From positions 61,880 to 125,879 of the forward strand of contig JAUCBJ010007430.1 of the NCBI GenBank assembly GCA_032718475.1: 64,000 nucleotides of DNA, in the 5' to 3' direction. Made by a program: the position numbers and the translations under genes. The notes beneath the pieces were generated by a model. That model saw nothing but the letters and a program-made list of their open reading frames with translations. It did no database searches and was not told the origin of the DNA. Positions 37,701-48,900 of this stretch are shown one piece after another (position 1 is the stretch's first letter; every line of letters begins with the position of its first letter). The DNA comes from Nemertoderma westbladi. Lineage: Eukaryota; Animalia; Xenacoelomorpha.

Positions 37701-39677
37701 GGCGAAAGCCAAGCTTCCCAAGGGGAGGATAGCGGGAAAGACACTGAAAGATCTTATTATGTCAATAAAATGCCTAAAGATCAGGTAAGTAAATCCAAGT
37801 CTCGACCCAATGACAGAAGGGAACCGGTACAAAAAACCCTTCCTACGTCTCCTAAAAGAATTCAGGTGAGAAAGCCCGAGGAAAGAACAAGTGTGCACCA
37901 CATAGCACAGGTTAAAGTAAGTAACATCAAGCCGAAATGTGTGCTGTGCGACGGGCCCCACCGTTTAAATGCGTGTGATAAATTCCTGAGGAAATCACTC
38001 GAGGATAGACGTGAAGTCATGTGGGATAAGCGGTTGTGTTATAATTGCCTCAGACGAGGACACCAACGGCGAACCTGTAACTCCGACGCAAGGTGTGCAA
38101 AGTGCGGCGCAAAACATCATATCTTGTTGCACACGGAATTCGAACGAAACAGCCCGAGTCAGGTAAGTGAGTCCGAACTACATGTCCAATTCAGTGATGT
38201 GAACGACACTGATCAATCTGAGATGGAAGGATTCTATACGGACGAGTTCTCCGACCAAAACGAATCCTGTTACCTAATAAACACCACCGCAGTGTATCGA
38301 GTACTCGTGCATGAGGAAGACACAGACAGCGACCTTACCTTAACTACTTCCGATCAACAACCATCTTGGAAAGCGCCAACTTCCAATATAGGGATCCGAG
38401 AATTTCCTGTAGTCCAGTTACGGGTCCACGGACCTCAGAAGAGCTATATAGTGAACGCCCTCCTGGACTCCGGTAGCACAGGAACATTCATCGATAAAGA
38501 ACTAGCCGAAGTCATCTTTGCTGGACAACCCAAGTTCCGAACCAAGCTAAACATGTCAGGGATCATGCAGGTTTGGAATTCTACTGTAGCTGCCGACTAT
38601 TATATAGGTGAGTTGTCCACTCCACAGGATAAACTAGGAGAATACAGTATAAGGTCAGTAAAAATGGTGGCAATAAAGAACTTCGCTACCACCCAAGTGG
38701 AACCTTATAATTGGGACGAAGATGATCATGCCCAACAACTTAACATCCCTAGATTCGACACCGATTATCCTGGAGTACAAATATTAATCGGTCAAAACGC
38801 GCATGAGGCGCTGGAGACATTAGAGAAACGACCTACTCAACCGCAACCACTTCAGACCTATGCGGTAAGAACTAGAGTAGGTTGGTACCTTACTGGACCT
38901 TCCCGTAGAACGCTCAGGGAAAGACTGCTTCAAGATCGCGTCTGCCAGGTGAGTGAATGGGAAGATGATACTAGTGAGGGAGACGACCCAACTGAGGGAA
39001 CACCACACTCCTCAGATAATGACAATCTTAGCTCCAATGTAGATCAATGGAGATATTGCCCCAAGAAGTTTAATCCAACTGACATCGCTTCCAGAGGAGC
39101 AACTCCTCAAGAACTGACAGATACTACAGACCGGTTAGGTGAACCCGACTTCCTGAGTAAGGAGGATGAATGGCCTCCCCATCTTACTCCGACTGAGATT
39201 AGACCAGCCAAGGGAGCGGAGAAAGTTAAACCTAAAACCCGGACGGGTGGAGCGGAGTTATTTGAACCCGGGATAGATCTGTCGGTATTACATATTGCCA
39301 GGGACGACGCCGTGGATCTGGACCTCCCCACCGCGAGTGGATCCTTCATGAAGATCAGAGAGAGCGATTGGAGCCCTGGAACATCAGACGTCTCGCAGGG
39401 ACTCTCACCTCTCCTGCAGAGAGCGACGGACCACTATAGCTCCTGGAATCGGCTTTGTAAGGCCGTCGTGTACCTAGAGCGATGTTTCTATCGTCACTAT
39501 TCCAGGACGAAGAGGAAACCTGGAATTGTATTCGGGATGCAGCGACTCAATCACCCAGTCGGTCGTTTGTGTTTACCGGAAGGGAATGGAGGACTCTCCG
39601 GAAACTGTGGAAGGCAAGATTCTCTTCCCACGACCACCTCCCTAATCCTTCAAACATCTAGGGACTCCATAACGTAA
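34725..39677 (+). CDS. gag: Gag-protease of B' with in-frame fused pol remnants (1650 aa)
   Basis: Open frame; knuckles CVLCDGPHRLNAC, CYNCLRRGHQRRTC, CAKCGAKHHILLH; protease LLDSGS; deletion junctions at ~39024 and ~39512 relative to 51814..59949. Confidence 0.88.
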   Translation: MSDTKQNLSDSILDVTICDSDRGVEPSSRKFSSPPTVRKAIPPVVIKEPRLVQHRRSIIGTRAQVKRDQEAAEQQQPASQELTSQQPDSSSSEDTVELTPERGARMMDEAYSDPLLILPAAVLTRLLIAVEEHQIDWARSQRSTRDSYAGYTSEELKSIVESQWNFPGPGLPFDLSEAAWEDIHRMGVAKETIDPAVWKRSAAGYAQGFFSSIERLKEQLFHQPQGPQEQGLLLYQVRERILRIRLILSAFEEASKRRQDTSLQVAVKTWFQRVNLQVQGTAQWKAQLEERSTHGESTDATFSQVESEATAEKRHKRDAIDIYLSDYQRFLGDDELRRRLEGLSPNSEGTKLVLDAIDVEMRAANQAKFDEQLRLTRVQEEHVKKKRIEDRKTAAAAVAAAEADRKAAEAAAEAKAAAAEAAAEAKAAAAEAKAVAAAEAERKIAVAEAERRAAEETIQLELENIQENQDCINKQLTASNMQMMNRSTPKRQGYTSSEEGDTTDTEGKGNRSRLSRRKRTFHRQKLPDLPPAVRRQLNNTNLGSTEPTDQIIKIERLPTIVDEPEIIRPVLEITPSVIDTPVLPEATSKFPLHSTKLPVPSRTAQETVQVLDPERNIPDLSPVVPRPPATTLATPASAVEWVDERRRGMDLLLGQMQETVLQFKGTVRESRLELQEVQQSIALERDKLVNLQKGISTPPVTMCQPVRSEVSHAQGVEPTRIYTASEVETPIVNPIKGNYRPVDNDIPYRTDHNPRNLYTDNSILNNTMAQESFTRQMARTEARQAVKVGEIVKFNGDEMKWLPFNEYYKDNIQNSVLSNGEKLRFLIECLEGSPKSMALKFIGHPDGLRQVWDTLNIRYGNRTNIARYLYAKLMAPRKFLSSGIIEFSDEIQEICRQLDWLGKSHEYQNSMVVGALASTLPKGGVGTRWDKKVLYMMEQQQRDPTMADLMSFLDGEVKLQLLRQSREKTLENKVSEKPVSRRKVTPVCYTDDGESQASQGEDSGKDTERSYYVNKMPKDQVSKSKSRPNDRREPVQKTLPTSPKRIQVRKPEERTSVHHIAQVKVSNIKPKCVLCDGPHRLNACDKFLRKSLEDRREVMWDKRLCYNCLRRGHQRRTCNSDARCAKCGAKHHILLHTEFERNSPSQVSESELHVQFSDVNDTDQSEMEGFYTDEFSDQNESCYLINTTAVYRVLVHEEDTDSDLTLTTSDQQPSWKAPTSNIGIREFPVVQLRVHGPQKSYIVNALLDSGSTGTFIDKELAEVIFAGQPKFRTKLNMSGIMQVWNSTVAADYYIGELSTPQDKLGEYSIRSVKMVAIKNFATTQVEPYNWDEDDHAQQLNIPRFDTDYPGVQILIGQNAHEALETLEKRPTQPQPLQTYAVRTRVGWYLTGPSRRTLRERLLQDRVCQVSEWEDDTSEGDDPTEGTPHSSDNDNLSSNVDQWRYCPKKFNPTDIASRGATPQELTDTTDRLGEPDFLSKEDEWPPHLTPTEIRPAKGAEKVKPKTRTGGAELFEPGIDLSVLHIARDDAVDLDLPTASGSFMKIRESDWSPGTSDVSQGLSPLLQRATDHYSSWNRLCKAVVYLERCFYRHYSRTKRKPGIVFGMQRLNHPVGRLCLPEGNGGLSGNCGRQDSLPTTTSLILQTSRDSIT

Positions 39678-41334
39678 CAACATATGGAGTGGGTGTGTGA
39701 CTCTATTATTTTATATTATTTTATTATTTTTATATTTCTGTATGTATTACTATGTAATTTTATTATAATCGTTTTCTTTAATTTTATTCAGTAGAATGTT
39801 ATTTTAGCGATTATTTAGTAGATTAGTGCAATATATATTCGCGTTTATTACTTAATTACGTATATATTATATTTAATGCGACGGCAAGAAATAATTCTTT
39901 TTCTCTTTCCTTACTGTCCGTATCATATTATAAATACGTGACTACAGTAAGATGAAATGTCCGTACTTATTAAAGTACAATAAAGCCACTACTATATTTA
40001 AGTATTATTGGTAGGCAGAGTATTAGGAATGCAAAGTTCAGATCCTCGTGTCTCGGCTAAACCAAGCTCTGGGTAGACCTTGGAAACGACTTGCCTCTTC
40101 ACACTGACATTGCTTCGTGCGATATTGCTCTCATACCGTATATTAAATAATACATATAGTAGCGTGATGTCCCTTTAACAGTAGCGTAAAACGCACATAA
40201 ATTTGTTAAACCTTTTGACCATCTGTAATTCTAGTCGATTAAGATATCGCGGCACCCACCGATATACTTGAAAGACAAATTCTAGAATCAGTGGTTAACG
40301 TCCCCAGACAAGTTCTGGAATAAATCGGTGCCCATCTCAAATATTAATTAGTTAATATTTACAAATCAAATAAGTCAAAATCTGTAAAATTCAGATCCTT
40401 CAACAATTCTAGTCAATTAAGATATCGTAGCATTTACCGATATTCTTAAAGAGACAATTTTCTTAGAATTAAGGATCTTGTGTCCCTAGACATGTTCTAG
40501 AATCAAAATATGCCCATTTAATTATCAAATAATAAAATTTCAGGGAATAAATTTAAATTCATGTCTTTTAATGAATTTAATAAATTGCCATTTTACGCAA
40601 TTTATAACATTCCCAAAAATTCCATTAATTAATAGATCAAGGGAGCGGAGATTTATCTTATTATGCATATGAGTGTGCGAAAGTCTCCCAAACATAGTCA
40701 ATAGCCGATAAAATTCATAAAGTCATGTATAAAACAGGACATTGACTATTAAAGAATTACTATTAAATAACATCCCAGATCTGTATGCATTGGAATTACC
40801 CTAATTCTACCGCTAGCTTTGCATAATGTCACCATAGCAACAACCACGCTAGAATTAGAATTGAGTTAAAAGAACAATAGAAAGCTTGTCCCATTGAATA
40901 GCATAGGGAATAAATAGCGCACTACTAGTATCCAAGGATACATAATAATACAGTGACATTCTGGAAGGCATTGACTAACGGACAAATGGCCCGAATGTGT
41001 GTAATTTGTGACAAGTTGTGTGTGTGGTATTTGTGAGTTTATAGGTGAATGTTACTGCTAAGGTGTGTTTACAGTAGCCAGTCGCAATCGTAAAAGTAAC
41101 CTAACTCTCCAAGGAAAACCTGAAGTACATCTAAGCCTTTGGGACGGACAGTCGAGTGACTTGTGCCGGTTGTCGTTGTCGTTGTGCGGCTACGTCGTTG
41201 GCGAAAGTACAGCGGCGACGACACATCGGCGCTGAGGATCTCGTACTGTCCGGGGGTAGATTGGGGTAGGCAGCGACGCCCGCTCGCCTAAATATAAACT
41301 CATTATAATATGGATAAACTCATATATAGCAGAT

Positions 41335-42663
41335 ATGACGGAGTTGATAGAAGATGGTCTTGGTATCGGGGAGCGATATACTCTACTTTTACAAGCGTTT
41401 GTTGATAGCTTAATACGCGGCGACGTTAGTCCAACTGCTGCGGAGGACGATGGTCGTTATATCGAACCGCCAATGTCCCAAGAGCAGCTCGCGCGAGTTG
41501 GACTATAGAAAATTCGCTGCTCGATATACGCAGCGTAATGGTACGTATATGGGCTTCTTAACTACTGATCATCCTATCGATTTACACAATACGGACTATG
41601 TCGACTATATATCCTGCCCAGCGGAGTCGGAACCATAAACTGAAATTCGAATGCGAAAATTCTATTCGAAATCGGCTCGAAAGAAAAGACATTAAAGAAA
41701 CAAATAAACGCGGTAACTCCAACATATATTTGGAATTCTTGATAGAAGCATTGTAACAACAAATAAATATCATTCGCGTTTCCTCTACCAGACGTGCGTC
41801 TTTGGTATTATTACGGTAAATGCCCTAGACCCAGCCAATAAACGGAAAGACATAAACATCCACGGAAACGTTGTGTTAAACACAGTTGTGTTCGTTATAT
41901 TTACTGGAGTTTCGAGCGAAACTTGTTTGACGTATCACCTATGCTCACTCGGCTCTAACGATCCTAGAGTAAACCTACAATCAGAGTCCCGGAATACTCG
42001 GTCAAACCTCCTCATTCCTTAGTTGGACCTCAGACCTGCGATCCTGGTGGTGTCGCGGATCCTCGCGGACGGTATTCACTGTTCAAGATCTAGTGCTACC
42101 CTAACAATTAATCGGTAACACTCCGACAGTGATTTCTAGCTAGCCGCCCATCTTACCTAGCCGGATTATGACGCAGACACCTAATATCACTATCCAACTG
42201 TATGGTCGTCCCGTTTAACGCGATACAACCCTTCATCAAGGTGAAGGAGAGCGTTGTACGAAACGAGTTAAACGCTATTCTATAAAGATCAAAAAAGAAA
42301 CCTGCGTTTGTTCAGATAAACGTAAGTTATAACAGTAAGTCCAATCGATAAACAAATTGGCCTTATCTCAGTTCGATTGGGAAACCTCGAATCTCAAAGA
42401 AGATATCAAGCTTAGAAAACCCTATTCTCTGCGAGAGTTTTGGACGAACGTATCCCATGACAAGCGGAGGAAAATCAGCTCGAGGAGAAGCATATCGAAA
42501 TGGACGAGACACCGACCGTAAACCCAAACCTTCTAATGCAATCATATTGCACCCTTCACCCAGGAGTTATGGCCCTCCTAGTAAAGTGGCTTCCCCCAAA
42601 GAGAAAATGACTCTTGCTAGCTTTAAAAAACTGCGTAAACGCCGTCCGCGCAAGAAAGACTAA
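41335..42663 (+). pseudogene. Degenerate, internally deleted ORF2 of B'
   Basis: Begins MTELIEDGLGIGERY (compare MTELIEDDLGIRERY) and ends KKLRKRRPRKKD; many frameshifts; exonuclease and knuckle region missing. Confidence 0.88.
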
Positions 42664-42741
42664 CTGTTTAGAGTATTTATGTATATTAGAAATTGTGATT
42701 TTGTATATTTTATAGACTTAAATCCCATTTTCTGGGAGCGG

Positions 42742-43928
42742 TGTAAAAGCTTTTGTGGGATAACTGATTCGTTTGCCTTGCTAACCAGTTCCCCCCCAGT
42801 CGCTGAATACTCTAAAAGGGGATCTATAACTCGAATAGCGCAAGCTACCAGCTTATTGGCTGATTTGCTGTACGCAGGTATCTGGGCTCTGTTTAATCGG
42901 CCAACCTGCCTAGGAAGGTTGCGTCATAGCCTTGTTTTTGTATCTCCCAATAGAATTTGAGTTAGCCTTGATTTTGACCTATCACAGAGCTACTGAACTG
43001 AAATTTTCCTATCTCACTGCTCTTTCTCTGTGTTGAACGGGAGCTTCGTGGAATAAGGGTAGTTGGTATCCTCGTATAGAGGGTAGTCACGAGTTTTTCA
43101 AAGCCACGAAAGAACAGCTTTGTAGTGTTTTGTGCTTTCTGCTTTTTAGCTCAACACTAGTAGGTTTAATTATAAGGACATATATCCTTTAACTGGCGGC
43201 TGTGAATATCACACGGCTTTTAATAACTGCTGCTAAAAATTACCTGCTCAATCAATACTGTATACTGCTATTTGTTGTCGGTTATTCATTATATTGGTTG
43301 ATGAATTATTATATTGGAATAACGAGAAATAACCCCGAAAACCCAATATTCTTGATATACCTAAGGTAAGAGAGAAAGGTTACCAATAACGATTGTGACT
43401 TATGTTAAAGTGGTTTGAAGTGAATCTAATGTTATTTGATAGACCCTACATGAGTCAGTCTGTGTTCCTTTTATATGTGACTAAAATCAGTGAAGATTGG
43501 CAGATTAGTGTGCAGTATTGTGCAGCATTGTGTATGAGTGAGTCTGTTAAAGAAGCAATTCCTAAAGAATGCGCCATATATGTGAATTATAATTAAGCCA
43601 TATCGTTGTGAGTAGTTTAAGTCATAACTCTGTTTATATAGATAAAGCGCCACGTCTTAAAGGAACTGTTAATATTCCCGAAGGTGAATAATATTGTCAG
43701 AGATTATATAATACTGTCAGTCGAATAATACATTAGGCTTACATAGCAATAAAATTAAACCGTCGAACCCAATCTCCCGGGAATATCCAGCGGGTGAATG
43801 ATCGCGCACAGATTGGTTTCGACTAGTGTAGTGAATCAAATACTTGTCATAGGCTAAAAAGCGATTTAATATCTAGAAGACATCTTAATTTGGCGGATTA
43901 AACTGCCAAAGGTCTGAAAGCGCGAACA
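42742..43928 (+). repeat. 3' LTR of B'
   Basis: Preceded by PPT-like GGGAGCGG; ends ACA followed by the TSD. Confidence 0.96.
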
Positions 43929-44581
43929 TCAGTAGCTCAGTCGGTAGAGCGTTGGATACACATTATATGTAGTGTGTATTGAGTTCGAATCCTAGTAGGT
44001 GCGAATTATTTTTTGTGCAGAATTCCAACTCATTTAAATTGACCGCTACAAATTAATTGCATTTGCTCGAAGTAAGATTAACCAATGAGACTGTAGTTAT
44101 TAGATTGTAACCAATGTCGTACAAGTTATATATTTGCTGGACCAATAGCTATCTTTAAAAACCTGTTAGAACTCATAGAACAATCGAGAATTTTCTCGAT
44201 TGATTGCGGCACAAATTTGGTATAAAAAGGTGCGATTTCGTTCATTAGTTATCTATTCTTCAGTATATCTTTCTTCAGTATATCTTTCTTTCTCAGTTAC
44301 ATTATTTTAGATTACATTGTTTATTGTATAATAGTTATTGTTTGATTTTGTAATAAAAGTTAGAAATACTTGTCACATCTGCCCTTTTCTATCTGTTTTA
44401 TCATGCTTCACCACGGTGAACTCAACTGAGGGACAGGATGGCTGGCTAGACATCGGGCCACAGCAATGAACGGGAACATCAAAGGAATGTAGACAGGAGA
44501 CAACCCGCAATATCATCTTAGTTATTCGCCCATCGCCTAAAAGGTTAGACAGCGTTCGATGCCTTGCTACCTAAGTATAAG
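43929..44581 (+). repeat. Duplicated A 3' LTR, right part, including the A and B boxes
   Basis: Matches 22585-23233. Confidence 0.92.
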
Positions 44582-45852
44582 TGTACGCGCTTTTGAAGAC
44601 CTTTAGCAGTTTAACCTGCCAAAATTTATATGTCTTTTGGTTTATAAATAGACTTTAGAAGATGACAAATATTTAATACCAATAAACACAACATTAGCAG
44701 AAGCCAGCCTAGTGCGCGTCCATTCACCCGCTGGATATACCCGGGAGACTGGATTCTGAGGGCTTAGATTATTATTGCAGTGTAAGCTTACTGTATTGTA
44801 TTATTCGATTGATCGTTAATAAATTTCTGACTAATATTATTTACTTTCGGGAAAATATTAACAGTTCCTTTAGGACATGGCGCTCTATCTAGGTAAACAG
44901 AGATATGACTTATACTAATCACAACGGCAAGTCGGTAAGGCTTATGATTCACGTATGAGGCGCATTCTTTAGGAAATGCTTAGTTATCAGTCACAATCAT
45001 GCACACTACCGGTAACACACAATACTGCCCACTAATTTGCCGACCGTCAATGATTTTTATCATATATAAAGAGAACAGCAACGGACCAATGTAGTGCTTA
45101 TCAAATAGCATTAAATTCACTACATACACAATAATATAAGTCGCAATCGCTATATATAACCCGTCTCTCTAACCTGTAGTGTATCAAGAAAATTGGGAAA
45201 TTTGGGTTCTTTATAAATGTTCTCCAAATAATATTCAACCAACTAATACAAAATATGACAACAGTAAAACATTAAGACGGTAGGTTAAGATATGATATGA
45301 CAAGTAATGATATGTGATATATGACATAGACTGGACTGATAACAGTTATACGCTCTATAATCTTGAGCCTACTAATGTTTCTTCTAAAGTATGAAAACGA
45401 TTTGATTCTAGAGCCGGTGTTCCTGGCCTAGATACCAACAACACAAAGTATATCAAGAAAAACAGTAAGACTGAACACTCCTAGTATCATCGGCCGAATA
45501 TCTACACGTCGACAGAAAAAATCGCTCTGATTGGCTCAAACCAAACAAAGAACCGTGCGTCCAATGGCTGTTTCCATGCCAGCAACCAGCTGCTAGATGT
45601 CGCAATCTGGATCATCAAGGCCAAGCCGTGTAAAGGTATTTGGTGCATTGCGGGTTTTTTGCCTTACCATGTCCGCCAAAGCAGGTATATAGACGAATGA
45701 CTTTTATGTCCGTTAAAACACCTGTAACGGTACCTTGCGGGCGAGGGAAATATATATACAGTTTAGAGAACCTTTTTAGAGTATTCCAGCGCCTGGGGGG
45801 AAACTGGATTGCGAAGCAAAGGGGCCAGTTATATCCCACAGAAGCTTTTACA
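44582..45852 (-). repeat. 3' LTR of B (1271 bp)
   Basis: Preceded on the minus strand by GGGAGCGG (45853-45860). Confidence 0.95.
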
Positions 45853-45930
45853 CCGCTCCCAGAAAATGGGATTTGAGTCTATAAAATATACAAAATCACA
45901 GTTTCTAATATACATAAATACTCTAAACAG

Positions 45931-48900
45931 TTAGTCTTTCTTGCGTGGACGGCGTTTACGCAGTTTTTTAAAGCTAGCCAGAGTCCTTTTCTCTTTGGGG
46001 CGAGCCACTTTACAAGGAGGGCTATAACTCCTGGGTGAAGGGTGCAATATGATTGCATCAGAGGGTGTAGGATTATGGTCGGTGTATCCGCCAGTCGAAG
46101 TACCGGGTTGATTGACATCATCGTCAGGGGAGAGAGGTCTAACGGCTTTGAGAGCTCGTTTCAAGACAGCCGCTCTTACGGGTCCTTTACGAGTGGTCTG
46201 AACGAGGGCCGTGGGTGGACCATAGGCAGTTAGAAACCTCCGGGGTTTAATGGTCCTTTCCAACTCGCGTTCGTGGGCTCGGTATTCATAAGGCCGTCGA
46301 TATACTTCCTGTAACTCGGGGTGTGAGTTAACAAACAAGTCTCCATAGTCCGGATCCTGACGGATATAATTGATTAAGTTATAGGAATGAAGGTCGCTAG
46401 GATTAACACTCCTGAGAAATTTGCGTACGAATTTGGTTGAAATACATTCTCCGACGCGCTTCAGTAGCTCGTAACTTGATATGCGTGATTTCTGTTCAAC
46501 CGAAGCGAATAGATAAGGATGGAACGCATAAACTCCTTCGTAAGCGCGTCCGGGATAATAGCGATGGCGCGAATCACAATGTAAATCAACGTTCGCTTCC
46601 CAAGCTCTGATGTAACGCAGTGTGATCATTTCATCTACGCTTTCCAAATCGTGATTAAAAGGGCAGTCGAAACTAGCATGTCCCTTTAGTTGACAATGGT
46701 GACATTGAGTCATAAATTGAGGGCAAACCGCAAAGATATGCAGGTTATTGAGTCTGCAATATGCGCAATAAATTTCCATAGTCGGTTGTTCTTGGAAATA
46801 GGAACAGCGGACGTTGGTGTCCATGGGCGTATCGTGGTCTCTCGATGCGCATAACCGACAACGTTGCCTAGAAACATAGTTGGCATGTCGATAATCGTAC
46901 GCAGTGAGACACTGTGGACCTTGATACCATTCTATGATGTAATCGTTGTCGCTGTTCCGGGGCGCGATAGGCTGAATCTCTTCAGATTCTAGACATATTG
47001 GTTCGTCTTCCAAGTGCATAGCTGAAGTGGGCGCGTCTGTCTCTTCAGGTGGACCTATTGTCTGAATTTCCACGACAGAATAACCTGTGGGGATTCGAGG
47101 TCTTTGTATAACAGAGGAGTGCAAGTTCGATATACAAATCTCTTGAAAACGGCGAATCCAGCGCTATCCAACTTCTCTGCAGCTGAGTTTCTTAGGCTGA
47201 GCTTGGTCAAAGCGCGGTCTTTAAATTGGCTATCCACGTTGCGGAACGGGGTTAAAAATCGCCGGAAACATTCGAAACGGATGAATTTATTATGTTCATC
47301 TAGCTTAGCGAGTTTGGTCCCAAGTATTAATGGATGGGCGCGTATAGTACGACTGCACACATCGGCTAGCCAACCGGCAAGTGCGGTGTTTTCAAAGATC
47401 GTGTATATAGCTAAGGAGGGACGGAGTGGAACACTCATGAAGCTATACACGGCGCCAGGTGCGGTCAATGGTCCATCAAAGTATAATCGAGAATAATGGT
47501 CTCCGTATACTTGTTGATAGTTAATGGGATTTCCGACTTTGAAATTCCATCCGTATTCCTGAAAGGCAAGATGTCCGATGGAAGTTCGTTGCACCTTTGT
47601 AATGTTGCTAGGCGTATTAGCATACATAGTGCGGAAGAAACCTCGACCTTCTGCCCAGGGAGCAATCAGCTGAGTATCAACGAAAGGGTATGGAATGTTC
47701 TCCATATTCCGAAAGTCGTTTTGGAGATCTCCATAAACAGCTGAGCCGATTTTAAGGATTCTTTCGTTGAACAACATCTCGAGTACGGGCTGGGGTAACA
47801 TCGATCCATCGATGCCCATGGCCGGTTTGCGTTCGGTGTCAATGACGTAACGCTGCGCGAGTTCGAATTGTCCATGTCGGAGATTCTTTTGTGTTTCGGT
47901 GAGAGTTTCAAAAGAATAATCAATCACGTCGGAACACGCTCGAGTAAACACGTGGGTAGAACCAGCTAATCCGCGTATGTGGATCATGCGCGTAGTTCCT
48001 AGTTCTCCGACCGGAACGCTACCTTCATTATCGTAGGTGACAACTCCATACATCTCAATAACATTAAGAGTTTCATTCCACTCCTTGGTGGCATTCTCTA
48101 GGGTCATCCCTACTGGATGCCACAAGGTGGCGCATTGGTTAGCGTCAGGGAGATCACTATACTTCATATGCCAAGTGGTATACGTCTCCACATTTCCATA
48201 TCTTTGTATTTTCTCTTCTTCAAATAATACATCTAGATTCCAATGGACTAATCGAGTTTTAATAAATCCATCGAGATTATAAGGAGGTTCTATATCTTTC
48301 TCGATTCGAGAAATGTTATATGGTTTTCTAAATGAGTTTACCTTTACTAACTGATCCAGATGTTTCTGCAATTGTTCGAGTTCGACAATGTCTAGAGGGT
48401 TTATTAGTGGTAGAAACTTTAAATTATGTGTCGGGTCCTCTGGTTTTACCATATAATATTGAGTCAGATTAACGTAATAAGGGTGGTCTTTAATCCCATA
48501 AAACGAGTTCTGTAAAGGTCTAGCGCGTATGTTGACATCGTGTACCATACGACGGACAAGATCCGCACGATTGTCCGGAGGTTCAACGAGTATACCGTCA
48601 ACACGAGCGGCCTCGATCGGCGGACGCTGTAACATAGGGGCGTCAGCGATAAGATTTTGCGATCCTGTACTGATATCAACCGGTTGAGGTTGTATCGTCG
48701 CGAAGAGCTTGTCCCCGAAATGTGGAATCATCGAGGGATGATGAATGGTTTTAGAGTAGAGGTCCGTCATGAGGATTTGAGCTTCCGGTTGGGCTAAAGC
48801 GGCTTCTTCTCTCTCTTCCAGTTTCGTGTGTTTCTCTTCGAGTAGATTTTCTTCCGCTTGTCTCTGTAAGCGTTCATCTAAAAATTCTTGTAGAGAATAC

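Larger units (their letters stand above)
31288..43928 (+). mobile_element. Non-autonomous Bel/Pao element B' with paired 1187-bp LTRs and 5-bp TSD
   Basis: TSD TCAGT at 31283-31287 and 43929-43933; TGT...ACA termini; LTRs differ at only about 3 positions by eye; RT, RNase H and integrase deleted. Confidence 0.96.
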
